A stretch of DNA of 64,000 nt from Candidatus Latescibacterota bacterium (GTDB lineage: Bacteria > Latescibacterota > UBA2968 > GCA-2709665), in contig OZ244937.1 of assembly GCA_965222075.1 (NCBI GenBank), positions 1,440,001-1,504,000 of the forward strand. The letters run 5' to 3'. This document shows, one piece after another, positions 36,694 through 47,279 of this stretch (positions are counted from its first letter, which is position 1; each line of letters opens with the position of its first letter). A program made the position numbers and the translations under genes. Below the pieces are notes generated by a model. The model was not told the DNA's origin. It saw only the letters and a list, made by a program, of their open reading frames with translations, and did not search any database.

Positions 36694-39681
36694 CTATGCT
36701 TCGAGGGAATCGTTCACCTCAACCCGTCTGGCTACGTCGCCTTCCCCAAAATCGTAAATATCGAACGCCATCCTGCCGTCGTTGTTTCCATCCACCGGAA
36801 AGGCCGCACACACCTCTGGTGGCGCATCCAGCACGATGGCGCCCTCTTCAACGCGCACGACCCGGAGTTCCTTCCCCGCCTCGTTCACAATCCGCGCCCC
36901 TCGACATTGCGCCCGAATCGGATCCTGGATCACGATATCCGTGTCGTAAAACAGGCGTGTCCCTTCGCTCGCGCCGGTCAGACCCCCTCTGGCAACGCGC
37001 AGATCGGTCCACCGGTCGCCGATCCTCACCCGGCCGTCCGGCAAAACCGCATCCACCCGGTAAAACGTGTTGCGGTCCAGATCGTTTTCAAAAATCAGCA
37101 GATCGCCCTGGGCAACCGATGCCGCCTGATTCAGCACAATGGTCCGCGATGCTCGATCCACCGCGCACACAGGTCCGGCCGCACACAGACGGGCCGTGAC
37201 CTCTCGCAGGGTCGCGCCGTCGGAACCCAACGCCTGAAAACGGACGGCCTCGCCTCCGGCTTCTACCTTCCATCCGCTGCCATCTTTGAAATCAATACTC
37301 AGACTGCGCTCAGCCGGATCGAACCGGACATCCGTAACATCGGCCCGGCCCTGATGCGGCTCCACCACAGCGCGAAAAAACGACTCGGTTCCAGCGTCGC
37401 CGTCCATGTGCCCTGCTCGGGCGATCAGAAAAGGCAATTGGGTATTCTTTGAGGGCGTGCTGGGGGCCGTCGGGCCCTCGCCCACCACGAATTCCCCGGC
37501 GCAGCCGGTCGGCATCCAGAAATCGAGCTGCGTCTGTTCCCCGTCGCCTCTGGGGAACAAAACCTTCAGCGCCCCCCCGTTCTCGTCAACCTGCACCGGA
37601 CGCACGTTTGTCAGATACGCAAGACAGCGGTCCGTGCTGCCTTCAACAGGCTCGGCGTAGGGCACCGGCCTGCCGTACCACATCCCCTGCAGCGTCTCGA
37701 AGGCAGACTGCGCACCCGGTGTTGCGCCCTCAACAGCCACGCTTTGGGCGCCGTCCGCAGCGGCCCCGTGGAAACTGTAGAGGTGTTCCCTGCCGCCCCG
37801 TACCTGGAAGAAATCCACCACAAGGGGGACGCCGTCCGGCTTCTCGATAAAGCACAGCGTACGCCGATAGAGCGATGTAAGACCTTTGTACGAGCGCGGA
37901 GCACTGCCGGCGAACACCTTGAACCCGGGCCGGTCCACGAAAAGCTTCAACTCGCTCCGCTCGAAGTCACCGTCCATCCGCTGCCGGTCCACCGTCACCG
38001 TCCAGTGGGACAGCGTATGGTTCACCCAGTCATCACGCGTGGGAGATTTCAGGTTATCGGGATACCCGATGTCGGGCACCAGTGGGTAACCGAAACCGTA
38101 GAGAATCGGGTTGAACGTGTCGAAGTGGGTGTGGCTGCCGCCAAAGCCGTCGAACGTAACGAACAGGTCAAAGGGCGCCGCCCTGTTTTCGCCCCGCAGC
38201 ACGGCGTACCCCGCCCGGGTCACGGTGCTTGGGAAACGCGTCTGCGGAAACGCCTTCAACGCATCCTGGAGGACTGCGGCCTTCTCGTCGCCGTAATCGG
38301 CCAGAAGCCCTTCAAACGTCTTGAACGCCGGGCCGGCAGATGAACCGCCCATCCAGACGAGGGGCCACAGCAGGCGCGGGTCTTTGTATTCCAGGTACGC
38401 GTCCGCGTACTCATCAACGCTGAAGCCGGGCCGCTTGCCCAGCTTTGGGAGCGGCTGTCCCCCCGCGTCGTCCGTATTGGGCAAAACCGCGTTATGGCAG
38501 ACCATCGACGGCGCAAACAGAAACCCCTTCACAACGCGTGGAGACATCAAGTTGGGATCGAAACGTCGAAGCCGCGCAAACGTATTCCGCAGGGCGCGCA
38601 CACCCATCTGGCCGTAGCCGGGGATGGCGCCCTCGTAATAGGCCCCGTCGTTGGTAAACCAGTTGGTGGCGATGTCGTCCAGCGTCGAATGCACATAGTC
38701 GTAGTACTCCCGCTTGTCCAGCACAACAGCCAGCAGGCTCAACGTCTGCAGGTGGACCATCGTCGCATTGGCGTACCTGGGCCGAATCGCCCTATACATC
38801 TTCCCGTAATCGTGGAGCAGGTCCTGCTCAATACACGCCAGCAGGTCGGCCGCAGCCACCTTCCCGTCACCGTCGTAGTCGTGTTCCGGATCGTCCCCCC
38901 AGGGCCTGCCCGCACGCCCGTAGTCGAGGCGCAGCAGCGATTCGTCTGCCAGGATCGCGTCTTTGATCAAATCGTAGGCAAGCGCATAGCAATCCGTGTG
39001 GCGCGGCTCCCAGACATAGTCCATAATCTTGACATGGTGCGGAAATTCAAGGCCCACCCTGTCGTAGGAAGCGAAGTCTTCGCGCTTCACATGCGGAAAC
39101 ACGCTGGCAAGCCGCAGGAGCAGCACCGCAGCCGCATGCGCCGCCTGGGCCTTGCGCGGGTCTCCGTCTTCGGCAAGCAGATGCGCGACAGCCAGGTCCT
39201 TCACCAGGGGACCCAGCTTCATCCAGCGGCCCCAGCAGGCGTAGTGGGCATGGAAATAAAACTTCAAACCATAGGTCGGGTTGGGCTCTCCATCTACCAT
39301 TTGTCGCGTATCCAGCCACCCCTGTTCCTCCCTGGGCGAGTCGGGCGTGCCCGACTCGGGGAAATCCTCGTTCGGATACGTCTCTCCGGCGATGGAACAG
39401 GTGATCCTGTACGGCACGAACGGGTCTGCGCTCTGTGTAAAAACATACCGGCCGCCTCGGTGAACCGGGCAGCCGTAGATCACATCCCCCTCATGGACAA
39501 ACAACGAACGCTTAACCCTGGGATCGGGCACGAAATCGATAAGCCATTCGTCGTCGGCATTCAGCAGACGCTCGTCCGGCCCCCCCACGAGCCTCTCGCG
39601 CAGGGCCGCAGCCTCGGGATATCTGGCGCAATTTTTTGCCAGATTCGCGAATGCTTCAGGGCCGATTGTTCGAGGCGCCAA
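36694..39681 (-). CDS. Heparinase II/III-like protein
   Basis: DGAYYEGAIPGY, HTHFD...LYGFG...PDIGY, HTLSHWTVTVD, YRRTL; TTG 39681 with AGGAGG RBS. Confidence 0.75.
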   Translation of the reverse strand: MAPRTIGPEAFANLAKNCARYPEAAALRERLVGGPDERLLNADDEWLIDFVPDPRVKRSLFVHEGDVIYGCPVHRGGRYVFTQSADPFVPYRITCSIAGETYPNEDFPESGTPDSPREEQGWLDTRQMVDGEPNPTYGLKFYFHAHYACWGRWMKLGPLVKDLAVAHLLAEDGDPRKAQAAHAAAVLLLRLASVFPHVKREDFASYDRVGLEFPHHVKIMDYVWEPRHTDCYALAYDLIKDAILADESLLRLDYGRAGRPWGDDPEHDYDGDGKVAAADLLACIEQDLLHDYGKMYRAIRPRYANATMVHLQTLSLLAVVLDKREYYDYVHSTLDDIATNWFTNDGAYYEGAIPGYGQMGVRALRNTFARLRRFDPNLMSPRVVKGFLFAPSMVCHNAVLPNTDDAGGQPLPKLGKRPGFSVDEYADAYLEYKDPRLLWPLVWMGGSSAGPAFKTFEGLLADYGDEKAAVLQDALKAFPQTRFPSTVTRAGYAVLRGENRAAPFDLFVTFDGFGGSHTHFDTFNPILYGFGYPLVPDIGYPDNLKSPTRDDWVNHTLSHWTVTVDRQRMDGDFERSELKLFVDRPGFKVFAGSAPRSYKGLTSLYRRTLCFIEKPDGVPLVVDFFQVRGGREHLYSFHGAAADGAQSVAVEGATPGAQSAFETLQGMWYGRPVPYAEPVEGSTDRCLAYLTNVRPVQVDENGGALKVLFPRGDGEQTQLDFWMPTGCAGEFVVGEGPTAPSTPSKNTQLPFLIARAGHMDGDAGTESFFRAVVEPHQGRADVTDVRFDPAERSLSIDFKDGSGWKVEAGGEAVRFQALGSDGATLREVTARLCAAGPVCAVDRASRTIVLNQAASVAQGDLLIFENDLDRNTFYRVDAVLPDGRVRIGDRWTDLRVARGGLTGASEGTRLFYDTDIVIQDPIRAQCRGARIVNEAGKELRVVRVEEGAIVLDAPPEVCAAFPVDGNNDGRMAFDIYDFGEGDVARRVEVNDSLEA

Positions 39682-39701
39682 AACGCTTCCTCCTATAGTA
39701 C

Positions 39702-40223
39702 CTACGCGAGTCCGTAGGCCGACGGCGCAAAGGTGACCGCGCGCAGCCGCCCCTCTCCGTCCGACGCGCAAACCCCGAAGCGGATGCCTGTCGCGCCCTC
39801 CGACATCGCACGGATCGCCAGCCCAAGCGCCCGGCCGGCGTTCTCGATCAGCGCCAGCTCCCCCACCCGGTTGACCTCAACCCAGTGCAGGCTCCCCTCA
39901 TCGCAGGGTCCTACATCGGCGCGATCCGTCCGGGCCGTACAGAAAACAAGCAGCGCAACATCGCCCCCTTCGGGCTGGGTCAGCACCACCTGGATCTTCA
40001 AATCGCTGACATCGCCCGCCGCAAGCCCGGTCTCCTCAAGTACCTCCCGCAGCGCAGCGCCCTCCAGGTCCGCCATCTCGTCCAGCGCCACCCGCCCGCC
40101 CACCCCGGTCCACAGGCCGGGCGCAAACCGTCGATCCTCAGACCGGCGCAGCAGGAGCACCCGGTTGTCTCGAAACAGGAAGACCGCAACATAAGCCTTC
40201 AGACCGGTGGCCATAAGCGACAT
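39702..40223 (-). CDS. NUDIX hydrolase
   Basis: GGRV...AALREVLEETGL Nudix box; CDEGSLHWV. Confidence 0.9.
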   Translation of the reverse strand: MSLMATGLKAYVAVFLFRDNRVLLLRRSEDRRFAPGLWTGVGGRVALDEMADLEGAALREVLEETGLAAGDVSDLKIQVVLTQPEGGDVALLVFCTARTDRADVGPCDEGSLHWVEVNRVGELALIENAGRALGLAIRAMSEGATGIRFGVCASDGEGRLRAVTFAPSAYGLA

Positions 40224-40252
40224 TCCCGGGAATATCGTATCTCGTTATTTAG

Positions 40253-41122
40253 TCACGAGTCGCCAGATACGGGCGCATCCCACAACAGCAAAAGCAGCCT
40301 GGAGAGGGTCTGCTTCATATGCGTTCTGGGAACAACCATATCCACAAATCCGTGTTCCAGGACCTTCTCGGCGCGTTGGGCGCTGCGCAGGCCCTCCATC
40401 TCCTCCTCCCCCACCGAACTTCCGGTGATCCGCTCTCCGGTAAATCCGATAAGGGCGTTCGGCTCGGCAATATTGATATCGCCGATCAACGCATAACTGG
40501 CCGACACCCCCGCCGTGGTCGGATCGGTTAGAACCGAAATAAACGGCAGCCCCTCCTCTGAGAATTGAGCCAGTTCGACGTTGATCTTGGCCATCTGCAT
40601 CAGCGCTAAAGTGCTTTCCTGCATCCGGGCGCCGCCCGACCGGCAGATCAGGATCAGCGGCAGCCTCTCCTGTATACACCGGTCGATCAGTCGGCAGATC
40701 CGCTCCCCCTCCGCCGACCCCAGAGATCCTCCCACAAACCCGAACTCGTGAATCCCGATGCCGACGGCCTGTCCATCGATCCGGCCGATCCCGGTGCAGA
40801 CGGCCGCATCCAGGCCGGTCCTTTTTCGGTGTTCCTTGATCCGCTCGGAGTACTTGATCCGGTCCTCGAAGTGGAGGGAATCCGCCGATTTGACCTCCTG
40901 GCCAATCTCCTGGAAAGACCGCTTGTCCGCCACACAATCCAAATACTCCCGGTAGCTGATCCGGAAGTGTGCCGCGCAGTTGGGGCAGATCCCGCAGTTC
41001 TGATCCACCCGCCTGCGGTAGACCGTCTGGTGACACCGCTCGCATTTGATCCAGAGGTTGTCCGGCAGACCTCGCTTTACCATTGTCCGAATACCGGACT
41101 TCAGCTTATCGAACCAGTTCAT
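40253..41122 (-). CDS. accD: Acetyl-CoA carboxylase carboxyltransferase beta subunit
   Basis: LWIKCERC...CPNC Zn ribbon, SGGARMQE, LMQMAK, DPTTAGV, HGFVDMVV. Confidence 0.96.
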   Translation of the reverse strand: MNWFDKLKSGIRTMVKRGLPDNLWIKCERCHQTVYRRRVDQNCGICPNCAAHFRISYREYLDCVADKRSFQEIGQEVKSADSLHFEDRIKYSERIKEHRKRTGLDAAVCTGIGRIDGQAVGIGIHEFGFVGGSLGSAEGERICRLIDRCIQERLPLILICRSGGARMQESTLALMQMAKINVELAQFSEEGLPFISVLTDPTTAGVSASYALIGDINIAEPNALIGFTGERITGSSVGEEEMEGLRSAQRAEKVLEHGFVDMVVPRTHMKQTLSRLLLLLWDAPVSGDS

Positions 41123-41283
41123 AACCTTACTCCCTCTAAAGCGCATAGCGTATTGGGCCGCTTTTGAGCGCTTTGCCTCTGCTTATCTTTTACCTGAAGC
41201 TTGCACAGCGGAAAAATATACGGCCATTCGCGGTGGGGCACAAGGAGATTTATCCCTTCATGTTTCACGAAACAGTTTTTCTG

Positions 41284-41312
41284 TTGACTCGCTTTCACAA
41301 ATCTTATAGATT
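41284..41312 (+). promoter_or_regulatory. sigma70 promoter candidate for the LysR gene
   Basis: TTGACT-17 nt-TAGATT. Confidence 0.55.
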
Positions 41313-41362
41313 ATTCCAGATACTGTTCAACAGACCTAATGGTTCAGAGGCCTTTATGCTGC

Positions 41363-41406
41363 GCCTACCTGCGTCCGCCTGTCTGCAACAGGCAGGACAG
41401 GCAGGC
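41363..41406. repeat. Nested palindromic elements (one inside the loop of another)
   Basis: Outer GCCTACCTGCGTCC...GGACAGGCAGGC (compare 31711); inner CCTGTCTG-CAA-CAGGCAGG. Confidence 0.8.
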
Positions 41407-41474
41407 GGGTCCGTGGAAGATTTACAGACCCATCCTGTTCACCTTTAATCCCTTCATGAATGGAGAGTGTTTCC

Positions 41475-42383
41475 GTGCTGATCGAAAGCCTGAAAGTCTT
41501 CTGCGATCTGATTGAGACCCAGAGTTTTTCGAAAACGGCCGTCCTCAACTCGGTCACCCAGTCTGCCGTGAGCCAGCAGCTTAAAAGCATTGAGAAACGG
41601 CAGGGGAGGCAGCTCTTGGAACGCGAAAAGCGCCGGCTCACCCTTACGGCCGAGGGGGAGATCTTCTATCGTTATTCCAGAGAAATTGTCCGGCGCTACG
41701 AGGAGATGCAGCACCGAATCCAGGCACTGGGAGGTGTGGTCTCGGGGAGCATCCGCCTCTCGGCCATCTACAGCGTTGGGATGCTGGAACTCGCCCCCTA
41801 CCTCAAGGCCTACCTCAAAGCCTACCCCAAGGTCAACCTCCGTCTGGAATACAACCAGGCGCAGAAGATCTACGACGACGTGGCCAACAGCGGAATCGAC
41901 CTGGGCATCGTGGCCTACCCCCGGGCGCAACGAAACGTGGATGTCATCCAGTTCACAGAGGATCAGATGGTGCTCATCGGCCATTCCTCACATTCCCTGA
42001 CAAAGCAGCAATCTGTTGCCCCCAAAGACCTCCAGGGGCATCCGCTGGTTCTCTTTGGCCCGGAAACGCCCACCCGGCGCGCCATCGATCGCTTCTTCCG
42101 AAAGCACGGGGTGCGCCCCAACGTGGTGATGGAACTCGACCATATTGCAACGCTCATGCACGCCGTGGAGGTCGACATCGGCCTCTCCATTGTCCCGGTG
42201 CCTGCCGTAGAGTCCCGGGACACCCTCAAGGCCCTGTCTTTCAAGGGTGATCCCTTTGTCCGCCCGCTGGGCATCCTCCACAGGCGGGGGCGCAGTTTCT
42301 CCGTAGCCACCCAGAAACTGCTTGAGGTGCTCACAGAAGGCAAGCAGATACCGGATCCTGGCCGGAAAAGAAAAAAGATTTAG
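41475..42383 (+). CDS. LysR family transcriptional regulator
   Basis: SFSKTA...TQSAVSQQLKSIE...LTAEGE HTH plus substrate-binding domain. Confidence 0.95.
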   Translation: MLIESLKVFCDLIETQSFSKTAVLNSVTQSAVSQQLKSIEKRQGRQLLEREKRRLTLTAEGEIFYRYSREIVRRYEEMQHRIQALGGVVSGSIRLSAIYSVGMLELAPYLKAYLKAYPKVNLRLEYNQAQKIYDDVANSGIDLGIVAYPRAQRNVDVIQFTEDQMVLIGHSSHSLTKQQSVAPKDLQGHPLVLFGPETPTRRAIDRFFRKHGVRPNVVMELDHIATLMHAVEVDIGLSIVPVPAVESRDTLKALSFKGDPFVRPLGILHRRGRSFSVATQKLLEVLTEGKQIPDPGRKRKKI

Positions 42384-42394
42384 GCCCTGTGAAG

Positions 42395-44335
42395 ATGAAA
42401 ACAAGAGATAAATGGGTCGTGGTGTTGCTGATCGCCGCCCTCCCGGCGGTGGCGTCCGGCCTTGAAGACCCGGCGCTCTTTTCGATACACGCCGATCCAT
42501 CCGATCTACGCCCCGGTGAAACCGTCACGGTCTGGATCGATGTGACGCTCACGGCGGACTGGCACATCTATTCGGCCACCACGCCACCCGGCGGGCCCTA
42601 CCCTACGGAGATCCACCTTGAAGAGGAAGGCCGGTTTCGCCAGGTCGGTCCAATCATCCAGCCCCCCCCCCTCAAAGAGCATGACCCCAACTTCGACATG
42701 GAGGTGGAGTATTACGGCAAAGCCGTCCGCTTCGGTGTGCGGGCGGACGTGACCGATGCGGTCCCATCCGGCCAGACCCGCCTCAGAGGCCGGGTCACCT
42801 ACATGCTCTGCAACGCCACTTCCTGCCTGCCCCCCACCACCTATACGTTTGAAGTCCCGCTTCAAATCGTCTCTGGCACACCCCGCCCCCGGTATGTCAC
42901 CAACCTGGCCCCCGCGCCGGGGGCATCGCCTGCGCAAGAGCCTGAACAGTTTGACGGCCTGGGCAGCATCGCCGACGTGGAGCGGGCCGTATCCGGGGGG
43001 CTGGGCGCCTTTCTCTACCTCGCCTTCAGCATGGGCTTCCTCGCCCTTCTGACCCCCTGTGTTTTTCCCATGGTACCCATCACGGTCTCCTTTTTCACCA
43101 AACAGGAGACCCGGAGCCGGGCGGAATCGGTCGTCAAATCCCTCGTCTACTGTGCCGGAATCACCTTCACCTTTACCGGCCTTGGCCTCCTGCTGGCCGT
43201 CACCCTGGGCGCCTCGGGAGCCAGCCTTTTCGCCGCCAATCCCTGGATCAACCTTCTCATCACCGGCATCTTCGTCGCCTTTGCGCTCAGCCTCTTCGGC
43301 CTCTTCGAGATCCGGCTGCCCTCGGGCCTCCTCACACGCTTAAGCCAGGTCCAGGGCGGGAGCTACGGGGCCATCCTCCTGATGGGTTTTACCTTTACCC
43401 TTACCTCCTTTACCTGCACAGCCCCCTTTGTAGGCGCCCTCCTGGTGCTCACCGCTCAGGGCGCCTGGACGTGGCCGATCCTGGGCATGCTCGCCTTCTC
43501 CGCCGCCTTCGCGCTGCCCTTCTTCTTCCTTGCCCTCTTTCCCCAGGGCCTCAGCGCCCTTCCCAAAAGCGGGGGCTGGCTCAACGCCGTCAAGGTCGTC
43601 ATGGGATTCCTGGAACTGGCAGCGGCCCTGAAATTCCTCAGCAATGCCGACCTGGTCTGGGGGTGGGGCATCCTCTCGCGGGAGGTCTTCTTAGCCGTCT
43701 GGATCGCCATTTTCGCCTTCTGCGGGATCTACCTGCTGGGCAAGATCCGGCTCCCCCACGACTCACCCCTCGAATCGGTAGGCCCGCTACGGCTCCTCTA
43801 CAGCCTCGGGTGCCTGGCCTTCAGCATCTACCTCACCACGGGCCTCTTCGGCGCCCCCCTGGGCGAACTGGACGCCTTCTTTCCCCCTTACGGCAGCCAG
43901 GGCCCCATCGCCAAGATCCGGAGCGGGAAAGAACTGACCTGGCAGGCAGACTATGAGACTGCGCTCTCAGAGGCCAGATCCACGGGGAAACCCATCTTTA
44001 TCGACTTTACCGGCTACGCCTGCACCAATTGCCGGTGGATGGAGGCCAACGTCTTCCCCGATCCCCAGGTGTGGCCTCTCCTGGAACGCTATGTGCGCCT
44101 GCAGCTCTATACGGACGGGCTGGGGGAGGTCTACGACCGCAATCGGGCCTTCCAGGAGACGCGTTTTGGAACGGTCGCCCTCCCCTTCTACGCCATTATG
44201 TCTCCCGAAGATAGCGAAATTGCCCGCTTCCCCGGCCTAACGCGTGACAAGAACCTCTTTGTACGGTTTCTGCAAACAGGGGTCTCCACAACCCTGCAGA
44301 TCGGCGTATCCGAGGGGCAAAATGAAGGAACTTAA
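42395..44335 (+). CDS. dsbD: Thiol:disulfide interchange protein DsbD
   Basis: N-domain CNATSCLPP; TM domain LTPCVFPM and SFTCTAP; thioredoxin DFTGYACTNC. Confidence 0.93.
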   Translation: MKTRDKWVVVLLIAALPAVASGLEDPALFSIHADPSDLRPGETVTVWIDVTLTADWHIYSATTPPGGPYPTEIHLEEEGRFRQVGPIIQPPPLKEHDPNFDMEVEYYGKAVRFGVRADVTDAVPSGQTRLRGRVTYMLCNATSCLPPTTYTFEVPLQIVSGTPRPRYVTNLAPAPGASPAQEPEQFDGLGSIADVERAVSGGLGAFLYLAFSMGFLALLTPCVFPMVPITVSFFTKQETRSRAESVVKSLVYCAGITFTFTGLGLLLAVTLGASGASLFAANPWINLLITGIFVAFALSLFGLFEIRLPSGLLTRLSQVQGGSYGAILLMGFTFTLTSFTCTAPFVGALLVLTAQGAWTWPILGMLAFSAAFALPFFFLALFPQGLSALPKSGGWLNAVKVVMGFLELAAALKFLSNADLVWGWGILSREVFLAVWIAIFAFCGIYLLGKIRLPHDSPLESVGPLRLLYSLGCLAFSIYLTTGLFGAPLGELDAFFPPYGSQGPIAKIRSGKELTWQADYETALSEARSTGKPIFIDFTGYACTNCRWMEANVFPDPQVWPLLERYVRLQLYTDGLGEVYDRNRAFQETRFGTVALPFYAIMSPEDSEIARFPGLTRDKNLFVRFLQTGVSTTLQIGVSEGQNEGT

Positions 44336-44343
44336 GAGCCGCC

Positions 44344-45209
44344 ATGCAGAAACGCCTTACAATCTGCGTACTGCTTGCGATCCCGGCCTTTGTGGGAGTG
44401 CCTGCCCGTGCCGAATGGGATTGGTATGCGGGAGATATCACCCGCTATACGAGCCGGAACACGGCCGCCGTGATCCCCGAGCGGGTTCAGACCGGAATCG
44501 ACGCGGGGCTGGACTGGCTGGTCCTTTGGGGCCACTTCTCAGAAGGGATTTTCATCGGGCTGCGGGACATCATCCAGGAATTCGACCTGAACACCCCCCG
44601 CATCACCCCCATCCTGTCGTATGGTTTTCCAGTACACGGAGGGCGCAGATAACAACCAGATCGTCGGCCTGCTGGACGACCCTGCTCCATTTGTTCGGAC
44701 CTACCTCATCCGCGCCCTCAAGCCAACCCCCTACGATCCCGTCCTGACCCGATACCTGATCGCCGCCTCCCGGTCTCCTCACCCCGGCATCGCGGCGGCC
44801 GCGGTGGACAAACTGGTGGAAATGGGCACCCACAACTACCGGGTCATCAGGGCGTTGCTCGATTCGGCCCGGGCCGGAAACGCCTATGCCATAGAACCGG
44901 TCGGGTGGATCGGGGACCGGCGGTGCATTCCAGACTTAGAGGCCATCTTCCTGAAAGAGGCGCACGGCCCCCTTAAGCGGTCCAGTTTTCTGGCCCTTGA
45001 AAAGATGGGCGCGCCTTATATTGGCAGAAAAGAGGTGGTCTGCGCCCGGATACCGGCCCCCCCTCGAACTCGCCCTGGTCAGCGGACGGACGGCTTCCCG
45101 ACGATGGACGTGGTCGGTCACCTACGACAGCCCCGACAACCCGGATCGATTTGGGGATATGATCTTCGAAACAGCCCCTTCAGAACAAGAGAATACAAAC
45201 CATGAATGA
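44344..45209 (+). pseudogene. Collapsed/frameshifted relic of a large secreted multidomain gene (PHP-like start, HEAT repeats, C-terminal beta domain)
   Basis: Three overlapping fragments with two frame changes: signal peptide + WYAGD...GLDWL (44344-44652); HEAT repeats LLDDPAPFVR (44621-~45060); WTWSVTY...PDRFGDMIFE (to 45209). Confidence 0.55.
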
Positions 45210-45819
45210 TCTCACGGAACTCCCTCTCTTTCCGCTCGATAATGTGGTCCTCCTTCCGTTCAAGCGCGTTCCACTCCACATCTTTGAAGAACGTTATAAA
45301 CAGATGATCAACATGTGTATGGATGAGGAAACCGAGTTCGGAATCGTATGGGGAAATGACGACACGTTCCAGGAGGTCGGCTCTGCCGCCCTGGTTACCG
45401 ACTTGATCTCCCGGCTTCCCGACGGTCGGATGAAGATCGTTACTCAGGGCACACGGCGTTTTCGGGTACTGGAACGGTTCGACATCCACCCTTACATCAC
45501 AGGAATCGTGGAAGAGATCAACGACGAACCGGAAGTGCCCGATTTCGACCTGGGCAACAAGGTACAGGACTTATACCGGGAAGCGTTGAAGCTCTCTTTG
45601 GGCTGGTTTAAGCCAAAAAAAGAGGAGGATATCAACCCCTCTGAACTCTCATTCGTTGTAGCGGGCAGTCTCAGCCTGTCCCTTCCTGAACAGCAGGCGA
45701 TCCTGGAGATGCGCTCGGCCAACGAACGGCTGCAGACCGTATCGAAAATCCTGGAAGAGGCCCTGCAGGGGATTCGGGAGGTCAAGAGACGGACCGGCGG
45801 CAACGGAAACCTGGAATGA
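45202..45819 (+). CDS. LON peptidase substrate-binding domain protein
   Basis: LPLFPL.VVLLP...PLHIFEERY; DGRMKI...GTRRFRV; EQQAILE...ERL. Confidence 0.92.
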   Translation: MNDLTELPLFPLDNVVLLPFKRVPLHIFEERYKQMINMCMDEETEFGIVWGNDDTFQEVGSAALVTDLISRLPDGRMKIVTQGTRRFRVLERFDIHPYITGIVEEINDEPEVPDFDLGNKVQDLYREALKLSLGWFKPKKEEDINPSELSFVVAGSLSLSLPEQQAILEMRSANERLQTVSKILEEALQGIREVKRRTGGNGNLE

Positions 45820-45867
45820 AAAAACAGAGAGCCGGGAAAACGGTCTCCCTGAATTTAAGGAGGTAAA

Positions 45868-46428
45868 ATGGCGCTGCCCAGCCGGGAAGAGGCGATGGAC
45901 CTCTTACGAACGCATACCGAAAATGAGAATCTGATCAAACACATGCTCGCCGTAGAAGCGGGCATGCGGGCCTATGCGCGCAAATTCGGGGAAAATGAGG
46001 AGCTGTGGGGCATCACCGGCCTGCTGCACGACTTCGACTACGAAAAGCACCCCACACCTGAAGAACACCCCATGTTCGGGGTGCGCATCTTAGAGGAAAA
46101 GGGCTATCCCGAGGAAATGATCCACGCCATCAAGGCCCACGCCACCTACCTGGGCGTACCCCGCGAAAGCCTCCTGGACAAAGCCCTCTTTGCCGTGGAC
46201 GAACTCACCGGTTTCATCGTCGCCGTCACCCTGATGCAGCCCAGCCGGAAACTCGCCGACCTGAAGGTCTCTTCCGTGCGTAAGAAATTGAAACAGAAAG
46301 GCTTTGCGCGCACCGTCAGCCGGGAAGACATCCAAACCGGCGTCGAAGAACTGGGCATACCCCGGGAAGAACACATCGCCTTCGTCATCGAGGCGATGGC
46401 GGGAATCGCCGACGACCTGGGGCTCTGA
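45868..46428 (+). CDS. HD domain (HDIG-type) metal-dependent phosphohydrolase
   Basis: KHMLAVEA, GLLHDFDYE, KAH, AVDELTGF. Confidence 0.92.
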   Translation: MALPSREEAMDLLRTHTENENLIKHMLAVEAGMRAYARKFGENEELWGITGLLHDFDYEKHPTPEEHPMFGVRILEEKGYPEEMIHAIKAHATYLGVPRESLLDKALFAVDELTGFIVAVTLMQPSRKLADLKVSSVRKKLKQKGFARTVSREDIQTGVEELGIPREEHIAFVIEAMAGIADDLGL

Positions 46429-46436
46429 TCTCCTCC

Positions 46437-47255
46437 CTACCCTTCCCCCAGCAACCCTTTAAAAAACCGCACATCGGTCCGCGCCAGGTCGATCACCGTA
46501 TCCACCGGCTCGCCGCCGTACTCGCTGTGGAAGCTGATCGGCCCGTCAAAATTCACCTGCTTCAGCGCCCGCAGCAGCGCCGTCCAGTCTCCAAAGCCCT
46601 GCCCCAGCCGGACCGTCCGGGCGTGCCAACTCGTCTTGCCCCCCTGCACCACCCGCTGCCGCTCCAGGTCTTTGAACGCCATCACAGACAGGTAGTCCTG
46701 CACGATATTCAGCGCCATCTCAATCGGCTCCCCACAAATCGAGAGGTGGCCCGGATCGGAAAACACCCCCACGTGCTTCGGGTTGAACCCCTTCACCAGA
46801 TTCATAACCGAACTGGAATTCAACCCCATTGACAGCCCCGAGTGGTTGTGCACGACCGTCTGCACCCCGTGCTTTTCCGACAGCCCCTGAAACCCCTCCA
46901 GATAGCCCCGGACCACATCCACCTCCTCCCAGTAGTTCTGTTCCGGCTTCCAGTGCCAGTACCCCAGCTTGATATGCTGCACCCCGGCCTCGCCGCAGGC
47001 CGCGTAGAGCCGTTCGGCATAATCCATATCGGGCGTCGTAAAATCTCCCGGCGTTGTCACCAGCGGAATCGAAAGCCCTTCGTCCGCAAACTGTTTGGCC
47101 GCTTCCGGCAGCGCCGTCTCCACGTTCTCCGGATTCACAGGATACCCCGGCCGTGTGCAGAGGTCTGCGCCCTGCACCCCCACCGATTTCAACGCCGCAA
47201 TAATACCCGGCACATCCAGCCCTTCCAGATGCTTCGTAAACATGATGAATTTCAT
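46437..47255 (-). CDS. Sugar phosphate isomerase/epimerase (TIM barrel)
   Basis: DLCTRPG, HNHSG, DPGH, FKD, LGQG, FDGPISFHSEY. Confidence 0.88.
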   Translation of the reverse strand: MKFIMFTKHLEGLDVPGIIAALKSVGVQGADLCTRPGYPVNPENVETALPEAAKQFADEGLSIPLVTTPGDFTTPDMDYAERLYAACGEAGVQHIKLGYWHWKPEQNYWEEVDVVRGYLEGFQGLSEKHGVQTVVHNHSGLSMGLNSSSVMNLVKGFNPKHVGVFSDPGHLSICGEPIEMALNIVQDYLSVMAFKDLERQRVVQGGKTSWHARTVRLGQGFGDWTALLRALKQVNFDGPISFHSEYGGEPVDTVIDLARTDVRFFKGLLGEG

Positions 47256-47279
47256 GACAGGCCTCCCCGGATCCCCGTG

